A stretch of DNA of 63,363 bases, filler included, from Craspedostauros australis (lineage: Eukaryota): assembly GCA_030167865.1 (NCBI GenBank). It is 12 parts of 12 records of this genome, joined end to end, with 100 filler letters (N's around TTAATTAATTAA, not from the genome) between each part and the next. Parts side by side here need not be neighbours in the genome. Positions count along the whole stretch, not along the records: positions 36,662 to 42,797 come from JALAGF010003477.1; positions 42,898 to 45,038 come from JALAGF010003479.1; positions 45,139 to 47,279 come from JALAGF010003480.1; positions 47,380 to 50,594 come from JALAGF010003481.1; 8 more parts are not named here. One strand, given 5' to 3'. Positions 36,562-47,400 of the stretch are shown piece by piece; the first letter of the stretch is position 1, and every line of letters starts with the position of its first letter. The notes below the pieces were generated by a model. It ran no database searches. It worked only from the letters and a program-made list of their open reading frames with translations, and was not told where the DNA came from. Both the position numbers and the translations under genes were made by a program.

Positions 36562-37590
36562 NNNNNNNNNNNNNNNNNNNNNNNNNNNNNNNNNNNNNNN
36601 NNNNNTTAATTAATTAANNNNNNNNNNNNNNNNNNNNNNNNNNNNNNNNNNNNNNNNNNNNCATACGAGAGTGGAGAAAGGTGAGAGACAAGAGAAAAGA
36701 GAAACGGGGGACCTGGACTTCTGTGCGTCTCTGTGTTCATGTGTCTGTGTGTCCTTGTTTCTGTCTTTCTGTGCTCCCATCTTTCTTCTCCCGTTCCGTG
36801 CGGATCTCAATCTTTGCGGTGTTCCTGTGATACCGGCTCAGCTGTCGCTCATCAATGACATCATCAATGACATCATCGCCGGAACTAACTCCGCCATCAC
36901 TCGTCGCATCGGCTCCACTCTGCAGCCATCGCCACTCCGCGGATCATCAACATCCAACCCCCCAAGATCACACAGGCATCCGCAAACGACTTGGGAGTGA
37001 TGTGATAGAAGTATCATCACGAATGGCCAACATGTCATGACTTTCACAAGTGACACACGCTCTCCCAACAAGCGATGAGTGCCTGGCGACCACATTTTCT
37101 TTGCATCCGACAGCCATCACCAAACAACCAACTCAGACAGCTCAAACCTTTCCGACAATGTACACATCAGCAGAACCGTATTGGTCTTGATTGTGCGGGA
37201 GATCATGCATTGGGTCTTCGCCATCAGGCTCCTTGCGCTTGCACGTACACCTGTGCCTGTGCTTGCATCTATGCCTGCAACTTGCGCTTGTGCTTGCGAT
37301 TTGCCGACCACACACCGCCGCAGTCACAGCCACGGTTGCGGTCACAAACGCAACCACAAGCGCAACCAAGCAGTCTTACAAGATCACGATCATAGCGGAC
37401 GCGCATGATTGGCACAGGTCTTGCACATGTGTAAGTATGCGTGAATGTGCGTACGTTTGTTTGGATTTTTATGTATCTATTCCGTTTTATGTACTGGTGC
37501 TGTATTGTGTATTGTTGAAGGTGGAGGAAACAGACCGAGAAACGCTTCCTTCATGGATGCCGATGACCGACGATGCTACCCGGAATGCGC

Positions 37591-38319
37591 TCAGTCCATC
37601 TTGAAGTCAACCACGTGACAGGCAGCCTCCTCGGCATCTCCCAGACAGTCCGGGTAGCTGGTCACGAGTTCCTTGTACGCCTTGGTGCAGGTCTCCGCCA
37701 TCCTCTGGGTGTAGTCGGCGATGTGGGCCACTGGGGCTGCGCTTTCGTCGTTCTCCTTATCTTCATCCTCGTCCTGCAATCTGCGGCGGGTTCCTGGGTA
37801 GTTGACGCAATAGTTGCAATCGGAGTAATAGACGCAGCAGGTGAACTGCATGACCGCGTCGGTGGTGTGGCACATCTGCGGCACCCATGGCTCGCAGATC
37901 TGCAGACGGCGGCGGTTTCTGTGCTCCTGTGGAGCAACCTCATCGATGGCGGCACCACCGCGCAGGTTGGATGCGTGATGATTGTGCACAGCGGCGCGGA
38001 CGTCACTGGCGTGGTCTGCTGCTTCGTCGAGGTTGCGGCGATCTCCTGGATGGCTGCTTCCCATGTATTGTGGACCACCTGCGAGGATGGTGTCATCGAA
38101 GAGATGGTCGGAACCTTCGCCGGCGCAGGTCTTGATCATCGACTTGATGAGGCCGCGGATGGCTTCCATGCGGTACACAGTGCACTTCTCGTTGGGGAGG
38201 CTTGATGGTGGGCAAGTGACGATGAGTTCGTTGGCGGCAGACACCATGGTGGTGGTTGCTGTCATGTTGAGAATGAATGCAGCGGCGAGGGCGAATCGGG
38301 ACATGGTGAGGAAAGTCAT
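37591..38319 (-). CDS. Secreted 242-aa precursor: signal peptide, RxL-type processing motifs and an internal six-Cys peptide
   Basis: Signal-like MTFLTMSRFALAAAFILNMTATTTMVSA; motifs RRNL, NLRG and RRRLQ twice; 12 Cys arranged 3+6+3; strong codon bias and CAA-rich 5' leader. Confidence 0.85.
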   Translation of the reverse strand: MTFLTMSRFALAAAFILNMTATTTMVSAANELIVTCPPSSLPNEKCTVYRMEAIRGLIKSMIKTCAGEGSDHLFDDTILAGGPQYMGSSHPGDRRNLDEAADHASDVRAAVHNHHASNLRGGAAIDEVAPQEHRNRRRLQICEPWVPQMCHTTDAVMQFTCCVYYSDCNYCVNYPGTRRRLQDEDEDKENDESAAPVAHIADYTQRMAETCTKAYKELVTSYPDCLGDAEEAACHVVDFKMD

Positions 38320-38548
38320 GTTTGCTTACTTTGCTTGTTTGTGTTTGGGTGGTGAGTTGTTGTTGTTGTGTGCTTGTGGTTTGTTGTTGCTCGGCGTTTG
38401 CGAATTATGAGAATAAGGAAGTGATCGAAGTCGATTCAACACATGCTGATCTAACGCTGAGTTGAATGTGATGATGGTGCTGCGCATTAAACAACACACT
38501 ATCCGATGTGATTCTGTACTATGGCTCGTACGAGTACGACTCGGCATG

Positions 38549-38580
38549 GGTTGGTACGTGGGTTGGTACGTGGGTTGGTA
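38549..38580 (+). repeat. 12-bp tandem repeat (GGGTTGGTACGT) x~3
   Basis: Directly visible; lies upstream of the secreted precursor gene. Confidence 0.75.
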
Positions 38581-39000
38581 TGTGAGTTGCAGTGAGTCGA
38601 CATGAGATGGCACCAACGCGAATCCACCTACCTCCTTTACTCCGATACAACCGCCGGCCGAATCCAAACCAAGATGGACGCTGTCCGCGACACTCAACCA
38701 AGAACACAAAGTGAGCATGCAGCGGTGGAGCCACAAGAGAGTGCAGGAGAGGTAGTCGAAGTACCGATGGATGGAGTACCTGAACATCCCCTCCGTCCAA
38801 GATGATACCACACCATACTAATACAACAGTGTAGAGTGGAGTATTTGACTCCTACTTGACTCGCACATGACCAAGACCAAGACCTCACTTTCATCATGTC
38901 TTTTCCTGCTTCGTTCTCGTTTGTGGCCTTGGTCCATCGGCGCCTCGGCAGGTGCGGACGGGTGGCGCCTGCGCGTCCCTTGTCGCTCGCCCCTCCGCTG

Positions 39001-39039
39001 CCATTCACTACCATTCACTACCATTCACTACCATTCACT
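39001..39039 (+). repeat. 10-bp tandem repeat (CCATTCACTA) x4
   Basis: Directly visible. Confidence 0.85.
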
Positions 39040-40340
39040 GCGAACACACGCAGGTAGGCATGGTACACACGTCCTCCACGAGTATCCGCTGCGATCGTGT
39101 CAGGATACTCCTTGATGGCTTGGCCTGCGGAATCGGCATGCGATGAGTGGAGTCAAACGGTGACTTCGTGATCTTGTTTCGCCCCCATCAACATCTATAC
39201 CTTCTTGTTCCTTCGCTGCTCTGCAAGTGTTCTTGTGTCGATGTGTTCTTCCCCAGAAAACAGGAGACGCCAGCACCCCAGCATCCGATTTGTGAGCGAC
39301 TCACAGTCTTGGAGAAGTATGTCTCCCTGTGACGAAGCCAAGAGCAAAATAGCAGCTGTCATCAATAGTCTTTGTACTCCATCAGCCACCACGCATCCGC
39401 TACACACGTATTCGTAGCGACATGGTCCTGTGTCCGAAAACGGCGCCGAATGCGACGCCATCATCTTCGGGAGTGTTACGGACGGTCACTAGTACTCACT
39501 CCTGACGCAGGGTTCTCGTCTCAATAAATCCCATCCGATTGTTGAATGGGGAAGTGTCTTGCATTGGGTTGGAGTGACACAAACTCTTCTATTCGAACAT
39601 CCAGCGCGAGCACAGCAACACTGTTGCCACGCATTGAGTGATGATCGTGTGAATACACTCACGAACAGTTGAGGCGCCAACAGAACTGAATAAAGCGAAG
39701 AAAACTAGTTGCGCCACCCTATCGCGATGCTCTGCCATCACACCACGCACTTTCTCTTACCCACACGCGCGTCGTTTCAGATTATCCATCATGTTCTTCG
39801 CACAGCCGGCCAATCATTGATCGGCAGGTCGATTGCGCTCTTCTCTCGCTCGTTTCTCTGTGGCGCTTCTTCGGTGGAGCTTCGCGGTGGTGTTGTTACT
39901 GATAGACGGCGCTGAAGGGCCGTGGGGTGTCCAACCAGTTCAACCGATCTACGAACGCAGCTGGACGAGCCTATAACACACGAGCAAGCGCAACATTCTC
40001 CAGCCTTGGTGAAATGGATCGGGCTTCACCATGTGACTTCATCATCGGTCTGGGTCTGGCTGAAGCGACAACGAACACGACCGTCGCATCCGATCTGATG
40101 TCCCACACAGCATGGAGGTGCTACGCAAAAGAACGACGATCAGATTCGCCCAGCCGTGTCTACGGTCTTGGATGTGAGATGCCCTCACGATCTTCCGACA
40201 GCCTTCCATCGCGCCAAGAATGAATTGTGTCACCAACTGTACCGCGGATACCCCACATCATGGATGTCGCAAGACCGAGCATGATGGACCATTGTGGAGC
40301 CGCGCTGTTACGAATGCAGAGGTGATTGAGCGCGGAGTGA

Positions 40341-40379
40341 AGCGTGGGGTCGAGCGTGGGGTCGAGCGTGGGGTCGAGC
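40341..40379 (+). repeat. 12-bp tandem repeat (AGCGTGGGGTCG) x3
   Basis: Directly visible. Confidence 0.8.
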
Positions 40380-42327
40380 AGAATAGAGCAGAGCAGAGTA
40401 CCACACGGTATCGCCTCGTATTGTACTACTTCGTGTATACTCGTAATTTGTACTCGCAGGCGGAGAGTGATTTGAGCTTGCGCCTCTTTCATCCAAACAA
40501 CATCGTGTCTGCATGGTCTTGGATATGCAGCTGCCGGAAAGCTCTGCGCTACATAGTGTCGTGGTCTTCCTTCGAGGCAGTAGCCCCTCCAAGAGCTCGC
40601 CTCACTTTACAGTCTTCCACTTTGCTTCACTCCACGAGTATGAACGAGTATGCACATGGAGTACTCTACTCTACTCTACTCTACCCTATTCCGTTCCATT
40701 CTACTCTACGCTAATCAAATCCAATCTTGCTCCCACAATCGCTCATCCAGACGTTCCTGGAGAGACGCCATCCCAGCCGGCCGTGCCATGATGGAAGCGA
40801 CGACTCTGAGAATCCTGAAAATCCCTCTCAGATGCGCGCTGCCTCGGAACCTGGATTTCGTCTGCTCTATGCCATCCTGTTGATTGAGCTGTTGTTCTTG
40901 TTTGCCTATGCTGGGTTTGTTGGCAGAGGTGGCGTCGTCGCATGTGAGATTTCGGCGCTCCGCGACGTTTCAAGAAGGGCTGAAATGCTGCGTTCGTGAT
41001 ACTCGTGTCCGTGCTCTAGTACTCGTTGCGAGCCCACCCAACATCACACGAAAGGAACGGCTAAGTATCATCACTTTTCGGACCCTGCAATTGCCCCTTC
41101 CTCTCTCTCTGCGGTCGATTCGAGCCCGGTGCCGCGATCGGCTTCGTACTCGATGTGTGCCACCGTGACGTCAAGGCCCTCCACATCGGATCAGTGCGAC
41201 GGAGCGTGAGGACTCGCACGAGCAAATGAAAGCAAGAGCAGGACAAATGGGAGGAATGGAGGGTGAAGTGTAGCAACATACGGGCACAATTTAGCAGTTG
41301 ATGATGAAGCTCGGCAATTTGTGAGGCTGCGTTGTGTCATCAGGTGGCTCGGGTGTTCTTTCGTGCAAAACGAGCGTGCGCGGTTTTCCAAAATGATCCA
41401 GTCGTGCATATTGATTGAGTTGCAAATAACGGTCAAATAACGACAAGTTCTAGAATGAAGCGTGTTCGTGAATTGGTTCTGTCCGATAAATATATGTCCG
41501 AAAATACTTCGGTGCAACATAGTAGTTGAAGTTCACTTAAGAACAGACTATTTTCCATATTAGTGTGTTTCATAACATTTCCTGAAATTCACTTTTGGCG
41601 CAAAATCTTCCGACCCCAACAACAGCAATAATCCTCCTTTCTCTTCTTCCCCCTTTTCATTCATGGACCATCACTGACTCAACAACACAATTGCCTTGAT
41701 CCAAGTCATCCTGGGAACTATATGCTCCCAGGATCCTTGTATTGCAACTTGTCTTGATTCCCTTGTCAGCTATAGCACCTGCTTTCACTACATGGCCATA
41801 GCAAGGAGATCAAACCTGATTCAACACAATCAGGGAATCCAACTGAAAATTCCAATCTCCAACCTGCTGTGTCTTCACTTGCAACCTCAACAAGATTTCA
41901 AGCTCTTGTACTTCAATGCTGGAAGACTACTGCAGATGGAGAGATCAAAGAGAACAAGGAGTATTGTCCGTCCTCAACACTGAACCACTGAGGGTCAGTG
42001 AGGAGCCACACCAACTGTCTGAACACTGTTTCTTCATCCCAACAACAACATCTGATCAAATCATAATCACACATCCATCTAATTGAAATAGCACACTTCA
42101 AGATCAGTACAACCAGCACTACTTGATTCATCATTAATAATACTACTTCCCAGGCCCTCACCCCTTGCGAACTGCATCAAATGGTTTCTTCAAAACTGGC
42201 AGTCAGCTAGGCCTTCCTTTCTAGATTGTGTCACAACAGTACACAAAATCCAACTCAACGATACACATGCATCCAAGTTGCTGTTGCTAAGACGGTTTCT
42301 GGTGTACAGTATTCTGGGGTAGAACTA

Positions 42328-42449
42328 TGTTAGAACAAAAATCAAAGAGGGGATTCCGCACTGAAACATAGAGTGGTCAGATTGTTGTTGTTAGAACGAA
42401 ATCGAAGATGGGATTCCGCACCGAAACGTAGAGTGATCAGATCGTTGTT
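42328..42449 (+). repeat. About 61-bp tandem duplication starting TGTTAGAAC (possible LTR terminus); first copy CpG-decayed
   Basis: Copies start at 42328 and 42389 and differ mainly by CpG to TpG/CpA changes. Confidence 0.7.
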
Positions 42450-42897
42450 GGGGTGAGGATGAGTGTTTGTATTAGAGTGTTATTCGTATGGTAGTATGGA
42501 TGCAGTCGAGCTCACAAGATTGTTATCTTGGAACTGTGAGCATGAGAGAGACATGACAGGTCTCATGCAAATTGCAAGTGAAATTAACACGGAGACAACA
42601 CGNNNNNNNNNNNNNNNNNNNNNNNNNNNNNNNNNNNNNNNNNNNNNNNNNNNNNNNNNNNNNNNNNNNNNNNNNNNNNNNNNNNTCTTCTCACGATGTT
42701 GCTAGTAGTACGATCACACGATTGATCGTATTCACTTGAGAAGGTCAGGACAAGATTCGCACGTGTCACACCCAAGATCCAAGTCTGTCCTGATTGGNNN
42801 NNNNNNNNNNNNNNNNNNNNNNNNNNNNNNNNNNNNNNNNNTTAATTAATTAANNNNNNNNNNNNNNNNNNNNNNNNNNNNNNNNNNNNNNNNNNNN

Positions 42898-45038
42898 GCG
42901 CAGATCCTTTTCCAGGATTTTGTTCTTGCCGGCCGGAAGTAGAGCAGCTCTCCGGTGAACGGCTACTACCCGTTGCTCGCCCATGCGGGATGCAAACAGG
43001 CACGCACACCAGCGTTGCATCTCCGCTACAAACTGCCTCAACCCAAGTGCAGTTCACAGAGCCGGATCGTTTCATGACGTCAACGACGGTCCCGCTCCGT
43101 GCAAATGCACTTGCAGGGTCTCGCGACAGCGAATGGCGCCAACGAATTCACGGTCAGTGTGATCTAGGTGCCAACGTTTGCGCGACTCCACATGCGCGTC
43201 TCCTCAGTGACTATACCGCGTTTACTACTCCTTCCAGCCTTGAGGCAGCGGACTCGTCTTCGCCTGCTATGGAGTGCCCGGGAGAAGGGTACATGCGGAT
43301 ATCATGTGGTGGCGGCGCGCATCTTTCGGTGCACACTCTTCTGTGCCCACGACTGGCTGACACGCTTGTGTCGCCACAATCCATCATCAAGCAATGTGAC
43401 AACCCGTACACCAGCTTTGGCATCGAATCCACCCAGCACAGTGCTCACATCGTCTTCAAGTCACCAGATAACAATCTTCGAGTGCCGCTGTACATTCGCA
43501 ACGGTCTATACTTCTTCGGAGGCGTTCGTCCGCGTGCCATGACCTTGAGACAGGCCTCGCCTATGCTCCTGTCGGAACTTTGGCATCTACGACTTGGACA
43601 TGTGGGCATGGCGCAGCTGCAGAAGCTTTCTAAGTGCTCCACTGGTATTCCGGCATCTGTTACACGGCACATTCACCCACTTCGACACTGTGACACGTGC
43701 AGCAAGGCAGGATATCAACATGCCACACGAGGCCCCAATGACACGGCTACAGCCAACGTCGCTGGCGCTAGGTTTCACGTCGACTTTGGGTTCATGAGGG
43801 CCACTGACGATGCGTACGGCCAGCGCAAGAAGTCCCAAAGCGCTCAACGGGTCATCCACTCCGTCGATGGGTTTTGCGCGTACCTTCTTGTGGTCGATGC
43901 GTGTACATGCTATGTGTGGGTGTTTCTTACCAAGGACAAATCCCCACCCATCATGGCTGTACGACAGACCCTGACTATTTTTGGGCGCCGCGAGGGCTAT
44001 CGTGCGGTTCGTGTCGACTTGGGCGGTGAGCTGGCCAGGTCCAGTCAGTTTGGTACCATGGTCCAGGAATGTGGATACAACGTTGAACCTACTGGAGCAG
44101 ATTGCGCATGGATGAATGGGAAAGTGGAACGGCTGAACAAGACCTTTGGCACCATGGTGAGGGCGCTACTTTACTCGTCCGGGCTCACACCTGACTTCTG
44201 GTCCAAGGCGTTGACTCATGCAGTGTACCTCAAGAATCGACTTCATCATTCTACACTTGGAAGAACGCCGTATGAGGCTCAACATGGTGTCGCGCCAGAC
44301 CTCAGTCATCTCCGTGTGTTTGGTGCACGAGTCACTGTGAAGAAGCCTGGCAAGGCTGCCGCAAAGCTCGACGTTCATACATACGATGGCATCTTCGTTG
44401 GGCACACAGCTACGGCGTCAGTGCATGAGTACTACGATATCAACTCTGGAAGATTCAAGCGGGCTGGCAACATTGTCTTTGATGAGGCACACTACATGTC
44501 TTCCAACAGACCTCCAGGGCCAGCGTTGCTGTACGATCTGGGACTCCCCACACCTGCTGTGGAACCAACGCCAAGCAAGATCATTACCAAGCCTGTGTAC
44601 CCCACCATCGTCACAAGGCATGCCAAGATTCCGGCGACGGCGTGTGCGATACCGCTTCCGTTGGGAGACATCCTCGATCATTCGCATGTCCATGCCTCTG
44701 CTGCAAGGTGCACAGAAACTGGACAAGTCGATATCGTGCATGTTGACACGACCGATGAACCGTTTGGGTATCCATTCAGCCAAAGTGTGGACGTGCGTGG
44801 TACGGACGGCCTCCTTGGGTTCGAGTTTCGGTATGATGAGCAACGGCATCGGCTTCAGCTTCAACAGTGCAAGTCAGGTCAACCGGCTGCACGTATCACG
44901 CGATGGCGGTCCAGGCTGCGCAAGGCGCACCTCATTTCAATTCAAGGTCAACAGGTGCATACAGCCATGGACGCGCGGCAAGCCATACAGGCCTTGCGTG
45001 AACAACGTGTTACCACTGCAGAGTTTGTGTTCGCATTC
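42898..45038 (+). mobile_element. Ty1/copia (CoDi-type) LTR retrotransposon pol fragment: protease, GAG-pre-integrase, integrase, SH3-like and PDZ-like domains; variant A
   Basis: Frame is open across the contig. Motifs: DLGAN (protease), LWHLRLGH...CDTC (HHCC), FHVDFG, RVDLGGE, NGKVERLN (DDE), HLRVFG and GIFVGH. Protease directly followed by integrase is the copia domain order. Confidence 0.93.
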
Positions 45039-45138
45039 NNNNNNNNNNNNNNNNNNNNNNNNNNNNNNNNNNNNNNNNNNNNTTAATTAATTAANNNNNN
45101 NNNNNNNNNNNNNNNNNNNNNNNNNNNNNNNNNNNNNN

Positions 45139-47279
45139 GCGCAGATCCTTTTCCAGGATTTTGTTCTTGCCGGCCGGAAGTAGAGCAGCTCTCCGGTGAA
45201 CGGCTACTACCCGTTGCTCGCCCATGCGGGATGCAAACAGGCACGCACACCAGCGTTGCATCTCCGCTACAAACTGCCTCAACCCAAGTGCAGTTCACAG
45301 AGCCGGATCGTTTCATGACGTCAACGACGGTCCCGCTCCGTGCAAATGCACTTGCAGGGTCTCGCGACAGCGAATGGCGCCAACGAATTCACGGTCAGTG
45401 TGATCTAGGTGCCAACGTTTGCGCGACTCCACATGCGCGTCTCCTCAGTGACTATACCGCGTTTACTACTCCTTCCAGCCTTGAGGCAGCGGACTCGTCT
45501 TCGCCTGCTATGGAGTGCCCGGGAGAAGGGTACATGCGGATATCATGTGGTGGCGGCGCGCATCTTTTGGTGCACACTCTTCTGTGCCCACGACTGGCTG
45601 ACACGCTTGTGTCGCCACAGTCTATCATCCGACAACGTGACAACCCATACAACAGCTTCGGCATTGAATCCACCCGACACAATGCTCACATCGTCTTCAA
45701 GTCTCCAGATAACAATCTTCGAGTGCCGCTGTACATTCGCAACGGTCTGTACTTCTTCGGAGGCGTTCGTCCGCGTGCCATGACCTTGAGACAGGCCTCG
45801 CCTACGCTCCTGTCGGAACTTTGGCATCTACGACTTGGACATGTGGGCATGGCGCAGCTGCAGAAGCTTTCCAAGTGCTCCACCGGTATTCCGGCATCTG
45901 TTACACGGCACATTCACCCACTTCGACACTGTGACACGTGCAGCAAGGCAGGATATCAACATGCCACACGAGGCCCCAATGACACGGCTACAGCCAACGT
46001 CGCTGGCGCTAGGTTTCACGTCGACTTTGGGTTCATGAGGGCCACTGACGATGCGTACGGCCAGCGCAAGAAGTCCCAAAGCGCTCAACGGGTCATCCAC
46101 TCCGTCGATGGGTTTTGCGCGTACCTTCTTGTGGTCGATGCGTGTACATGCTATGTGTGGGTGTTTCTTACCAAGGACAAATCCCCACCCATCATGGCTG
46201 TACGACAGACCCTGACTATTTTTGGGCGCCGCGAGGGCTATCGTGCGGTTCGTGTCGACTTGGGCGGTGAGCTGGCCAGGTCCAGTCAGTTTGGTACCAT
46301 GGTCCAGGAATGTGGATACAACGTTGAACCTACTGGAGCAGATTGCGCATGGATGAATGGGAAAGTGGAACGGCTGAACAAGACCTTTGGCACCATGGTG
46401 AGGGCGCTACTTTACTCGTCCGGGCTCACACCTGACTTCTGGTCCAAGGCGTTGACTCATGCAGTGTACCTCAAGAATCGACTTCATCATTCTACACTTG
46501 GAAGAACGCCGTATGAGGCTCAACATGGTGTCGCGCCAGACCTCAGTCATCTCCGTGTGTTTGGTGCACGAGTCACTGTGAAGAAGCCTGGCAAGGCTGC
46601 CGCAAAGCTCGACGTTCATACATACGATGGCATCTTCGTTGGGCACACAGCTACGGCGTCAGTGCATGAGTACTACGATATCAACTCTGGAAGATTCAAG
46701 CGGGCTGGCAACATTGTCTTTGATGAGGCACACTACATGTCTTCCAACAGACCTCCAGGGCCAGCGTTGCTGTACGATCTGGGACTCCCCACACCTGCTG
46801 TGGAACCAACGCCAAGCAAGATCATTACCAAGCCTGTGTACCCCACCATCGTCACAAGGCATGCCAAGATTCCGGCGACGGCGTGTGCGATACCGCTTCC
46901 GTTGGGAGACATCCTCGATCATTCGCATGTCCATGCCTCTGCTGCAAGGTGCACAGAAACTGGACAAGTCGATATCGTGCATGTTGACACGACCGATGAA
47001 CCGTTTGGGTATCCATTCAGCCAAAGTGTGGACGTGCGTGGTACGGACGGCCTCCTTGGGTTCGAGTTTCGGTATGATGAGCAACGGCATCGGCTTCAGC
47101 TTCAACAGTGCAAGTCAGGTCAACCGGCTGCACGTATCACGCGATGGCGGTCCAGGCTGCGCAAGGCGCACCTCATTTCAATTCAAGGTCAACAGGTGCA
47201 TACAGCCATGGACGCGCGGCAAGCCATACAGGCCTTGCGTGAACAACGTGTTACCACTGCAGAGTTTGTGTTCGCATTC
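45139..47279 (+). mobile_element. Same copia pol fragment, variant B
   Basis: Identical end points and length to variant A; differences are clustered in one patch of about 320 bp. Confidence 0.93.
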
Positions 47280-47400
47280 NNNNNNNNNNNNNNNNNNNNN
47301 NNNNNNNNNNNNNNNNNNNNNNNTTAATTAATTAANNNNNNNNNNNNNNNNNNNNNNNNNNNNNNNNNNNNNNNNNNNNAAGAAAGGTCAGCAAGTCACC

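Noticed and set aside
42898..47279. Tandem duplication of a copia element
   Set aside because: The two copies are separate contigs divided by a linker.
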